Origin: Callorhinchus milii
Taxonomy: Eukaryota
DNA: 64,000 bases
Assembly (NCBI RefSeq): GCF_018977255.1
Contig: NW_024704743.1
Span: forward strand, 18,912,001 to 18,976,000
Reading direction: 5' to 3'
Below are positions 37,066 through 49,014 of the stretch, piece after piece. Positions within the stretch are counted from its first letter, which is position 1, and the number at the start of each line of letters is the position of its first letter. The notes below the pieces were generated by a model. The model worked only from the letters and a program-made list of their open reading frames with translations. It did no database searches and was not told where the DNA came from. A program made the position numbers and the translations under genes.

Positions 37066-38819
37066 ACTGCGTGTGTTTCAGGCCACCAGCTGACCAAAAA
37101 AATTGTTACGTGGGAAGCATTGCTGCAGATGTTTTCATCAGATAATCAATTGAGGTGTTTAAGAGAGAGAGAAGTAGCAGTTGAGAAGGAAGGAGTGTTG
37201 AAGGAAATGGAGAAAAGATAAGAAAATGGGTTTGGAAAATAGAGAGCTGGCACGGACTAACAAAAAGAGAGGGGCTGGCGTGCTGTGTGGAATGGTCACA
37301 TGTTAGAGCAAATCCGATAGTAAAACAAATCGCAAAGACTTTTGTCTCTCACGGATTCTCATGCTGGTGAGTGCTCCCAAAGGGGTCTCTGATGTGACCT
37401 TGGGAAACCCCAACCCGGACTATTTGTGGATGACCGCACCGATTGGATGGAGTGAGTGAACTTTCTTTGAACCTGGGAGGATCTTGGAACCCGGGAACAG
37501 CCAAGAGATTAATCCCAGCTGTTACAGATGGGACCTCTTCGAAACAGTTCAGCTCGATGAAACAAGAACAAGAAGGAAAGAGAAAAAGGGAAAGCGAGAG
37601 AGATTATTTTGGGGGAAAATGTATGAATTTATAAATCTGTCTACATTTACTGAGTGACCCTGAGATTACACCCTGTACACTCAGATAACGGAGAGCTTCA
37701 AAATGTCGAAGAGTGGTGGTTGTAGTCAATGTTCATGACTCCAGGCCAAGTAATCTGATGGAGATGAGAGGCTGAATATTTAAGGGGGAAATTTTGGGGG
37801 GAATGAGTGAGGTGCCACTGTGAACATTTTGCAGACAAGATGTTAAAGTGACATCCTATCTGTTTGATCAGGTGGGAACTAAAGGGTCCTGACCCAACTG
37901 TCCAGCGCCTTGGGACGTCCTCCCGATGTGAAAGGCGCTCTATAAATGAAATCTTGTTGTTGTTGTAAAGATTCATGATACTATTCAACAACAACTTGCA
38001 TTTATATAGCCCCTTCACATACATTAACGTCTCAGAGCACTGTACATTGGTGTGGTTGGAGAGGTGACTATAGGTACGGTTGAAGAGAAAGGTTTTTAAA
38101 AGGAGAAGGTATTTTCTCCTGGTATCTTGACCAACAGTTCTCCAGGTTAATTGCTCATTTAACTATTGGCTATTTGTGGAGTGTGGCTGGTGCACATTCA
38201 TAGCAATTACTTGTGAAACACTTTGAGATATTTGGACATGAAGGGATTGCACCATAAAAATGAAAGCTCTGTCTTTCTCTGATCCATTACAAGAAGTCTT
38301 ATCTCAAATCACTTGTTGATTTCAGGTCTTTGAAGTAATCTTTTCTCCAATAAATGTCTCAAAGCTGATTCCTACAAGTAAGGCTTTTTGCACTCAATCC
38401 AACCAGCTCCACTCTGTTTGTATCCGGCTCCACAAAAGCTCTGTACTTGGGCCTAACAATTACATGATTATAGCAATTGCTTAATGGATTGGTAAAGCTG
38501 CATATCATGCTACTCTCTCAAAGTACTTGATATAATTAAACATTAAACAGCCCAGCAGTCAGAGCCTACAATACTAAATGTATTTTCTTTATTACTGCCA
38601 CAATTTTTTTGGGGGGGGTCTGCAAGAGTATCTAAACCAGACTGAGAACTCTACATATATAAGCTACCTACACAATGAAATTTCCTATGTCTGGAATGGA
38701 ATGCATAACTCTCATTCTGAAGGGCCCAGTTTACCTCATTTTGGATAGTATTTAGGTGCAGGTTGGCGTGAGCAAAGGCTCGGGAACCCTAGGGTTTGCG
38801 CTGGGGTACAGCTTGAGCT

Positions 38820-39441
38820 TAAGACCACAGAGGTTGCCATTGAGAGCACTGTCTAGCAAGCTTCCTGTTGCATAACCCTACTCGTAAGGTTTTGGCTTCC
38901 AGGGGTTAACAGAAGAATCTCTGAGTCCTGCAAATGTGCCAGGCTGGTCTGGCATCAGAAATGTCCTGGAATACTACACACCTGTCTGGCTCAGGAACCT
39001 GAGTACCGAAACCACCTCACCACAGAGGGTTGACTTGCTTGTTTTGCTAGTTCAGCCCCAAATGGACCCATGTACTTTCCATCCTAAGGAGAATAATCGC
39101 TACTTGGTCATTTGACTTCTGACAAGTGAAGGTTTAAGCCCTCACTGAAGTATGCAGAGTCCTGTGGGTTAGTGGTTAGAGCATTCACTCACTGAGGTAT
39201 GAATCCTGTAGGTTAATGGGTAGAGCATTCGCCTCGCAAGCGAGATAATCCCTACAAAAAAAAATAATGATTTTATCACTCAATCCACGACTGTTTGTGG
39301 GACACTGCTGTGCGCAATTGGCTACCGTGTTCCTTCCAGAAAATATACAGTCAATTCACTTTACAGTATATTCTGTGAAGCACTTTGGGACGTCTCAAAG
39401 ACATGATGAGGCTTTATATCAAATGCAAGGATTATTATTAT
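38820..39441 (+). repeat. Copy 2 of the inverted duplication
   Basis: Matches the reverse complement of 19773-20512; this copy lacks the SINE B-box/central block after GCAAGCGAG (~39244). Confidence 0.9.
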
Positions 39442-40380
39442 CAGAAACTCCCTGCTTGCTGTCTGGTGAGCAGCACAGGTCAGGCTAAATGCATCAGAGC
39501 ATTGCTACCATTCCTTCTGCTCACAGCTTGGAAACATATCCCTACCCAATGAGCGATGGTTCCAACATTGGGAAGTGCGGAGTTTAAACAGCAGCTTCAA
39601 ACCACGTTCTATACCAATCAAGGTGAATACCAAGCCCTGGAATTATGTGGAGTTGATTAGTAGAAAAATATCATTTGATGAACGTAGACCAATGCTGGTT
39701 GTTATTCTGTCATCCTACAATTGGCAAAGCCCTAACTCCCAAACTGTGTGGTCAGTGTAATCACATTATATTTATCAACCAGATCTAATTCGTAATATTC
39801 CTTCATATGGAATTTGAGGCATGTAAATGTGTAACGAGATATACAGCACATCAACTCACAGGGGCTCCCCAAATAAAAATATAATATTTTACCTATCAAG
39901 CCTGAGGTGTCCGAGCCAGTCTAGCAACAAAAGGTTCATCTGAACCAAGGAGATTTCATCCCTCCTCAGCCAATCAATCCTGGAAAATAAGTATAGTATA
40001 CAAAACAACTTTAGACATCACTCCTGGGCCTACAAATCCAAAAAAACTCACTTCAAAATATAAAAATGGTGGGCGTTGGATCTGACTTGGAAGAAAACAT
40101 TTGCCTGGAGGGATGACCTGCTACTAATGCCAACAACTAAAACTGGGAGTAGTTTAGGAACATTGCAAGCTGCACCTCATTGTTTCTAAATGGCTTATTC
40201 CATTGGTGAACATTCACAATTACGTACGTGGCTTAGTTTAAGTGATTCGCGATGCTGATATAGTGTGTAACAGTATTGACGTATATTGCCACACATGTAA
40301 CAAACAGATTGGTTAAGTCCTATCTCATATTCCTAAGTACTTTCAGCACTAAAATGAATCAGTGTATCTATGGAGTATTA

Positions 40381-40788
40381 CAGTATTGTCCAACGGGCGG
40401 CCCACGGGCCGCATCTGGCCCAGCAGGTGATTTTATCCTGAATAACATCTGCAGCGGCAGGAACAGTGGTTGCTAAGGATGCGGTTGGTAAGAGACGTGC
40501 TTGCCTTTCTGACAGACTGCAGTAATGGCTGGTATTATTTCCACTCTCCGTGCTACATTCCCCCTCCACCCAGTCCCGCTGTTGCTCTAGGAGGATGTTC
40601 ACCAGGGAGGGAGGGAGCAAGTGAGCAAGCAGAAGTTGAATGTTGGAAATGGTCTCTGGCTGGATAAAAAATCAAGCCCGGGTCAGATGTGGCCCATGGG
40701 CCGCCTGTTGGAGCACGCTGGATGCGGTCCACGCACTTTCTCAAATGAGGAATCCAGCTCGCGGCAGCAAAATGGTTGGACTTCCCTG
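40381..40788. mobile_element. hAT (Charlie-like) non-autonomous DNA transposon
   Basis: Left end CAGTATTGTCCAACGGGCGGCCCACGGGCCGC; right end GGTTGGACTTCCCTG; internal inverted copy of the left end at 40662-40720; 8-bp flanks GAGTATTA/GCGTACTC match at 5 of 8 positions. Confidence 0.7.
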
Positions 40789-43700
40789 GCGTACTCTATT
40801 AGCTTTGATGCTTGCAGTTAGTGCTGATGTCACGGATGATGGAATAAGCTGTAAAAACATTTCCTGCTTGTTTAGGGGGACATTAAAGATTCCACAGCCT
40901 CTATTCGATAAGAGGCAACAATTCTCCAGATAAATATGGTTATTCATTTCAAAGCTCTGGTGGGACTGTGTGCAAATTGGCTCTTTACAAAGACACAGTC
41001 ACTAGACTTTACGGTGAATCATGCAAAGGGTGTTGACATATTTTGAAGCTGCAATGGGGCGTTTTTTCAGACGCAAGGCTTATTATATGTACATGTGGCA
41101 GGACTGTGGATGTATTTTTCTGATAGTTTCAGTATACTTGAAAATAAAATAAATTGCAAGCTAAGGGGGAAGGAACGGGGGAGTGGGACTAATCAGATAG
41201 CTCTTTCAAAGAACCAGCAAAAACACGATGGACTGAATGGCTTTCTACTGTGCTGTAGGATTTTACGATTCAGGAACTGGGGAGCAATATTCCCAGAGAG
41301 ACTTATTTCCCCCTCCCCATTGGAATTTTCTTTATTTTGTTTGTAGACAATAACAGAGGAGTTTAGTTAGAATATAAGGTGGGAGGTGGATTGGGGGAAT
41401 TATCCCAGGAACGGACTATTGAGCATTATGCTCTGAGCTACTTCCGCTCCTTCCTTTCCACATACAAGTATCCTGTACAGTTCTATTCATTCAGTCCTCG
41501 TGTTTACTCAAGTATAACACAGCGCAGCCCCAGAATTCTAACAATTATAACAAAGCTGCACTGGACACCCTCATCACAATTCCCAGCCAGCGGGCTCCGA
41601 TCAAGTATTTTAATGGGTTTGAAAAGCTGAACGCCATCTGTAAGCACTTAGGGGTATTATGTAATGTGCGTTTTGCCCATATTGAGAGGGACAGATTCAA
41701 ATTAGGAAAATGCTTGGAATATACCAAACATCCAGAGACTCTGAAACATCTGAACTGATTTCCTACCTTTAGGAGTTTTTCACTGACCTCACTGAAATGA
41801 CCTACCAATACCGCCTAACTGTATTTTGTGAAGTGGCATTGATCAGAACAGAGATTGTGAGCAGAAACTAACTGCAGTATTTGATTATTTGCAATATGGC
41901 ATGTAATAGCTATTTTTTGATGCAATGCATGTGACATGGGAACATGGGAATGCACAGGACCAGAAAAGCCCTTTTGGGTCCATCTGGCTGATCGCAGACT
42001 TTGAGAGAGTGGGAACAGCTTAAATAGGATGAAAAATGTGTATTATTTTTAACAGATTCGGTGGAGTGTCAAAGCTATAGTCAGAGTACAGGCTGACATA
42101 ACATGGCGGGTTGGGGCCATAAAATCAGACCCCAATATAGCTGTTTCCCTTTCATTTGCTGAAAGGTTGTTGAAATTGTTGTTGTTTCAACAATTGAATC
42201 ATCACAATTGATGAGCTGGTGCTTTTTTTCCAATAAAACATTGTAAAAATGATTTCTAGTAAATTGGTATTTTAAAACTGGTTGCACTACAAGTGTGAGA
42301 ATCGATCAGTCGGGGTCAAACGGAAGATATTTTCCCCTTGTCTCCTTACCAAGGATAGATTTTAATGCTAAAATCATCCATTTAATGTATTAGAACTGTG
42401 CTAATGAACAAAGAAAGGAATGAAAGCAAACGTTTTCAGATTATGACCTTGGTAACCTTGATGATAAGTAATGAGCTTTAATTCATACTGTCAAGTCCTT
42501 GATATCACCAGAGAGCAGTTTAGATTAACAGAATAAATTAGTGACCCCCAAATTCCACCTAGTCTGATAATGTACCACTATTTCATGCTAAGATTTTAGA
42601 AATAGGGGAAAATTCTTAAACGACTTGAATTGGAAGGAAGCCTGACAGAAAACAGGCTTCCAAATTCATATTTAATTTGAAAAGTTTTCACAATTTTGCA
42701 TAATCTTGAATTTTAAAACATATTATTAATTACATATATTAATTTTATGTTTATATATTCTGTATCACTATATGTTAATTTCCTATTATTAATTATATTT
42801 GCCTACAGTCACTACACTCTACAGTAAATCCTGTCAAGCACTTTGAGAAACCAACTTACCAACGTGAAAGGTGTTATATCAAATCCAAGGATGATTTTTA
42901 TCATATATTGTAATAATAATACTTGTATTTGATATAGCGCCTTATCATGTTATTGAGATGTCTCAAAACGCTGCTTAGGATTTAGTATAGTGACTGTATA
43001 TTTTGTAGGCGAACACAGTAATTGGCAGCTAATTTGCACACAGGAATGTGCCACAAACAGTCATGATGTGAACGATTAATTTTATCTGAGAGTTATGTAA
43101 TTAATAATAGTTTTCAAATTTGAAAATCACATGACACTGTGGAAACCTTTTAAATTCAATTCAAATTTGGGGCCTGTTTTTTGCCATTCTTAAAAGAGAG
43201 CAGGCTCCCACTCTTCCTTAAATTTTAGGACGAAACAGGCATACATTGTCACATTGGGTGGGCACCAGGAGAAACTCCCTTCTTTTTTCGATTAGAGCCA
43301 GGATCTTTAAAACATTCACGTGAACAGACCTAAGTATGATGATGCAGCCCACCCCAGCCCTGCACAAACAAACAAACAAACAAACAAACAAACAAATAAA
43401 CAGTATTTCGGAGGAAGTTTGATGCACACATGAGGCAGAAGAGAACAGAATGGTATGGGAATGTTGATGAGGAGGAACATAGGCTTAGGCGGAGTATAAT
43501 GACTGAGCAGACAAGTTGGGCCAAATTACTTGTTTCCATATTATAACATATTTTGCCATTGTTATTCTGTGTAAGACAAAGAGATCTTAGAGCTACAACT
43601 GTGTGAAATGTTGAGTCTCCAGAACGATACAGAAAGCAGGGTGCTTGACCTTTAATTGCCTGGTGACAGGGGCATGATGCAAAGCCAGATTTTTTGCCCT

Positions 43701-45172
43701 GTGGGTTAGAAGGAAAGACACAATTTCCATGTGTAGGTGGGGTGAATGGAATTTTCAGTTTTGGTCTGGATACTCTTAAACATGGTGATGGGTCTCTGCC
43801 CGCATGTGTCGGACTCCCAGCTGACCAAAAATAAAGGAAAGATAGTGAACTTCCAGCACGCTCGATAGTGATGGGTTGAACATTAGCAAAGACAGTGTTG
43901 ACCAGCTTACCAGGGCAATATGGAGTGCACAACTCTGTAAGGAGCCAAAACGAAAGAGGTGTTTTACTGTCAACTTGCAGACCTTTCTGTTTTTAAAATC
44001 AATCCATAATAGAATGTCAAGAGAGGATTTCCTGACAGTGCAGAAATCACTGTATTGTTTCATACGGGAATGCAATTTTCCAGGTTTAATTTTTTTTACA
44101 TAACTTTGTGATCACAAAATCAAGTCAAGGGTGTAAAATTCAGCCCACGGTACAGTTAGTCAGTCACGTTTCTTGGATTCTCCTGTTGATTTGTTAATGT
44201 TAGCAATGTTAGCAAACTCTCTTCAAGGTGAGATTTCCACACGGCACCTGCTGAATAGGCTAAGCCTGTCACAGACAAAACTGAATGCAGGCAGCAACAG
44301 GGATGTGAAACGAGTGTCCTAGCCACTGCGTTTCCACACTGCTTCAATTCAGCTTATGAAAAACAAACGCTACATATTTAATTGCAGTATTAGCCTTGAG
44401 CAGGCATCCTTGTTTACAAATTAGCATGCAGTGAGTGCCATGTGCTCCTGTGTGTTACCCATGGAGTTCTATTCACGTCTGCAGCTTTAGCTGTCCTTGG
44501 GATTTCTAATGCACATCAGGAAATGCATTGCTGCTGTTCTCAGGGAACAAGTCATAAGGACACACAGCGTTTCAGACCAGACTTAATGTGAAACACGTAC
44601 AGCACAGCAGCTGACACTTTGGAGGGTGGCTCAGTGGTCCAGAGTGAATTAGGTCCAGGCTTAATCATATCTTTAGGCTGGAATGGGGACAGATGACGGA
44701 TAGATCAGGACAGTGTGGTACAAAGATGACACTGAATCAAGGATGCTGCTCATAATTTGTGGATTGTGAGGTGCACCGTAGTAGCAGGAGACCTTGAACG
44801 TATCTAGTTACTGTAGGTGCATTGAGCTGGTAAAGGAAGATTTGTCCAGCACTGAGAATTTCAAGGTTTAACGAAAGACTGTGAGATAAGTAGCATGGAT
44901 CAACTGCAAGGTTCACTCAAAAACTAAAGATGCCAAAATCCGTCTCCTAAAAATGCATGTTCAACTTAGTCAGAAGAGATTGATCTACTTCAAGGGAAAA
45001 GGACTCATCTGTTTTCAAGACTGGCCATGAAAGCTGTGGGGCGAGAGCTCTACCTTCTTCTTGATTCTTGCAGGGAAAGAAGGAAACAACATGGACAGTG
45101 GTTCACATGAGTACATGGTAACGATTAAGGCTCTGCGAGGCTGCTTGCTGTTTGCTTTCTGCTGCCCTCTTA

Positions 45173-45220
45173 ATGCAGTGCTGTGGGCTGGGACATCGAC
45201 GGCGAGTACAGGTTTCCTAT
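45173..45220 (+). CDS. CACNB2: Voltage-gated calcium channel beta-2 subunit, beta2a-specific N-terminal exon (MQCCGLGHRRRVQVSY)
   Basis: ATG at 45173, 16 codons, phase-0 end and consensus donor GTAAGT (45221-45226); in-frame upstream stop TAA at 45119-45121; 14 of 16 residues match the recalled mammalian beta2a N-terminus MQCCGLVHRRRVRVSY, including the palmitoylated Cys3-Cys4. Confidence 0.93.
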
Positions 45221-46258
45221 GTAAGTCTCCTGATCTCTGTGTAAATCTCTTTATTACTGGAACAGTGTCATCCTTCTTACTGGCTTATCACTAATCTGAG
45301 ACATTGCACGATAATGCAGTATTAATTACAGTGTATGATTCTCTTTAAATGTTTTAACTTGTACTGTGCCAAGCACTTCTGGTGCACATTTGCCATTCAG
45401 AAAGTGTGAACATTGTGGTTGGCTTCTCAAGGATTTCACTTTAATATACTGTACTTGATCCTATTTAACAAGTGAGGACAGGCAAGGTCAAATGTAGATT
45501 TTATCTCAATTATAGCCATCACACGGGCACTGTGTAACATGCATGGTGTAACATGCTCGACGAACAATGAAGCTTGTATGTTTTCTTTTGCAGTGCAATT
45601 CCTTTCGGTAATAACTCATTGGTCTAGTGTAGCGACTGATGCATCAGGGGGAGGTAGCTTACAAAGTCTGTCTCTGCCTGGGTGTCCAGCAACAGTAGAT
45701 TGTATTGATTGAAACTAAAGTCTCTGGTGAATTCTCCACACAGGGAACATCAGCTGATAAACGACAGTGACGATTAAATAGTAAACTGAAAACTAGCCAA
45801 CTCGCAAACTACTCAGATATTGCCACCAAAAACTTCATACGTTGTTCACAGAAACTTATTAGTCAAAAAGAAATTAATCAGTGCTTATTTTATGTCCTAA
45901 ATCCTTCCATTACATTTTTATCAACATGTATAAAGTATAACCTATTTGTGTTCTATATTTCATGTATACAATAATAATATGATAATAATCCTTGCATTTG
46001 ATATAGCGCCTTATCACAACTTCGAGACGTTTCAAAGTGCTTCACAGAATATACTGTAAAGTGTAGTGACTGTATATTTTGTGGGCTAAACGCAGAAGCC
46101 GATTGCACACAGCAACGTCCCACAAAAAGGCATGGATTGAGTGACTTGTTAAAAAAAATTATTTGGCTATAAAACGTGTCAAAGAAGCTAATAAGTATAG
46201 TCCATTTTAAAAATTTTAATATATTCTTTAAACAAAAGCATTCTTCTTGAATTCTAAG

Positions 46259-46851
46259 GGAGAGAAATTCCACCCGGTTTATCAGATTTATTTGGTTTAT
46301 GTAGCATTTCAGAGCTTGCAGAATTTGGCAAATTGTTGAATTCAGTCTTAAATTTGAAGGTGTTTTTCTGTAGTTCTTAAAAAGAAACTTACAGTTCAAA
46401 CCAGCTTAAAAATTCAGGCTGTCTAAGCAATTTGCCAAATTCTTGGCATCTGAAATGTAGCGTGCTCGTCTCGCAAGAGAGAGGATCGGGGTTCAATTTA
46501 CTAGTGGGGCGAAGCCTTAGGTAAGTTTCCTTACTCCACACACTAGCAGTAAGTAAGAACCCAGTTGTTACTTGATTGGATGATCGCTTTTCCAGGGGTA
46601 ATAATCCCTCAAAAAAACTATCCAGGGGTAATAATCCCTCAAAAAAATCCATGACTGTTTGGGGGACCGTGCTGTGCACAATTGGCTGACGCATTTCACC
46701 CACAAAAATACACAGTCAATCCATTTTACAATATATTCTGTGAAGCGCTTTGAGATGTCTCAACCACATGATCAGGCGTTATATCAAGGATTGTTATTAT
46801 TATTATAAAGGAATAATAATAATAATCTAGACCCAGGTGAAATTTTTACCC
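46259..46851. mobile_element. Palindromic MITE-like element with a nested SINE A (46457-46806, +)
   Basis: Ends GGAGAGAAATTCCACCCGG and CTAGACCCAGGTGAAATTTTTACC resemble 18747-18972; the SINE carries a tandem duplication with 30-bp period (46591-46647). Confidence 0.6.
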
Positions 46852-46934
46852 ATGGATGTTTAAAGTTGAAACGCAATTACTGCAGAATTTGTGTATGTAA
46901 ATAAATCCATTGTCAATTATGGAACTTTGCCTGT

Positions 46935-47412
46935 AATAATAATAATAATCCTGGATTGAATTGCCTTATGGTGTCATTGAGAGGTCTCAATGTGCTTCAC
47001 AGGACATACTGTAGATTGGTATCACTTGTGTGTATTTTGTGGGTGAATGCAGCAGCCAATTTGTGCACAGCGATGTCCCCAAAACAATTATGGAGTGAAT
47101 GATCAATTTTATTTGGGGGAGTGTTGGTCAGGTCACCGGGAGAAACTGGACAGGCAGATGGGACCTCAGTTTAAGCCTTCTGGGACTCTATCCCGCGTGA
47201 GCGGGTCTATATCAAATGCAAGGATTATATCAAATGTATGTTGCAGTTCAACGTCTCACCTGAAGCTTGGCTACTCTGACAATGCAGCACACCTCCAGCA
47301 CTGCATTGGAGTCTTAGCGTAGACTATACGATTTCCGAGTTCTGACGTGGGACTTGAACTCACCGCCTTCTGCTTTAGAGGCGAGTGTGCTACCGATTGA
47401 GCCAGGCTGACA
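46935..47412 (-). mobile_element. Deu-domain SINE (family B)
   Basis: Head at ~47340-47412, Deu body and tail on the minus strand, with a short internal insertion. Confidence 0.75.
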
Positions 47413-47639
47413 CCCGATAAACTGGGCCAATAGAAATGTGAGACCGCAATTTTTCTGCAATATCTGCTCTAATTTTCAATCTACGACTGTTTGTGGGACA
47501 TTGCTGTGCGCAATTGGCTGCCGGGTTCGCCCACAAATCTACAGTCAATTCACTTTACAGTATATTCTGTGAAGCGCTTTGGGACGTCTAGAAGACGTGA
47601 AAAGCGCTATATCAAATGCAAGGATTATTATTATTATTA

Positions 47640-47790
47640 AACAGCGCTCGCCGCTATAAACCCGCTAAACAATGTCGTTTCTGGCCTCGGCCTGTTGCCC
47701 TGTTTATCTGACGTCACTGTGGGCAGGGCAGCTCTAGCCATGCCTGCGCCATGCGGCACAAGTGGGAAATGGGCTTCGCTCCACGTGCTG
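47640..47790. promoter_or_regulatory. CpG-rich candidate regulatory module
   Basis: TATAAA 47655-47660, full CRE palindrome TGACGTCA 47709-47716 and E-box CACGTG 47782-47787, in locally CpG-rich non-repeat sequence. Confidence 0.4.
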
Positions 47791-47796
47791 AGATTG

Positions 47797-47831
47797 TGCG
47801 AGTGTCTGTGTGTGTTGCTCTATGTTTGTGA

Positions 47832-47865
<34 letters not shown>

Positions 47866-48735
47866 TGTCTGTCTCTATGTGTTTGTGAGTGTCTCTGTGT
47901 GTGTGTGTTCTGTCTCTCTGTGTGTTTGTGTGTGTGTCTCTCTCCATGTATTTGTGAGTGTCTCTGTGTGTGTGTCTGTCTCTCTGTGTGTTTGTCTCTC
48001 TCTATGTGTTTGTGAGTGTCTCTGTGTCTGTGTGTCTGTCTGTGTGTGTGCGTGTGTGTGTGTGTCTCTCTGTGTGTTTGTGAGCATCTCTATGTGAGTG
48101 TCTCTCTTTATGTGTTTGTGTGAGTGTCTCTATGTGAGTGTGTGTCTATCTCTGTATGTGTGTCTGTGTGTGTGTGTGTCTCTCTCTATATGGTTGTCTG
48201 TTTGTGATTATCTATGTGAGTGTGTCTTTTTCTCTGTATGGTGTTTGTGTGAGTGTCTCTATGTGAGTGTGTCTCTCTCTGTACATGGTTGTGAGTGTCT
48301 CTGTGTGAGTGTGTGTCTCTCTCTCTCTATGTTTGTGAGTGTCTGCGTGAGAGTGTCTGTGTCTCTCTCTCCTCTGTATGTATGTGTTTGTGACTGTGTC
48401 TGTGTGTTTCTCTTCTATATGTGCGCGTGTGTTTCTGAGTGACTCTGTGTGAATGTGTATGTGTGTCTCTCTGTGAGTGTATGTCTCTTTGTGTCTACGT
48501 GTGTGTGTGTTTCTCTCTTTGAGAATGTGTGTGTCTCTCTATCTCTGAGAATGTGTGTCTCTCTGTGTCTGAATGTGTGTGTCTCTCTCTGTGTCTCTGA
48601 GTGTCCATGTCTCTCTCTGTGGCTGTGTCTCCCTCTGAGTGTCTGTGTCTCTCTCTGTGTCTGTGTCTCTCTCTGTGTCTGTGTCTCTTGCAGTGTCTGT
48701 GTCTCTGTGTCTGAGTGTGTGTGTCTCTCTGTGTG
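47797..48735. repeat. Compound (TG)n/(TC)n microsatellite
   Basis: ~940 bp made almost entirely of TG and TC dinucleotide runs. Confidence 0.97.
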
Positions 48736-48866
48736 ATGCCGAGCCCTGAGAATCAGGAGGTGGAGAGCTCCTGTAGCCCTGCTGTCAGGACACTGGTCTT
48801 GAGCAGGATAGAGTCTTGGAGCACTTTGAACTTACTGAGCAATGGAAAGTTTTGGGTAGTTATTCT

Positions 48867-49014
48867 GATCCTATGCACTTAGACTGAGTGGAACCCCAGA
48901 CAGATTGCTGGACAATATTGGAAATTTGGTTAAGTTTAGATCCTATGCACTTAGACTGAGTGGAACTCCAGACAGATTGCTGGACAATATTGGCAAATTG
49001 GTTAAGTTTAGATC
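48867..49014. repeat. 72-bp tandem duplication
   Basis: Units 48867-48938 and 48939-49010, each beginning GATCCTATGCACTTAGACTGAG, with a few mismatches. Confidence 0.95.

Noticed and set aside
43330..43932. 200-aa minus-strand ORF
   Set aside because: Non-ATG start, ends in an (AAAC)n repeat, and shows no recognisable homology.
44139..44155. TTCAGCCCACGGTACAG, similar to the REST/RE1 consensus
   Set aside because: Needs one deletion and one insertion inside the conserved half-sites; too degenerate to call.
47695..48736. Cys/Val/Leu-rich and Thr/His-rich ORFs
   Set aside because: Translations of the TG/TC microsatellite.
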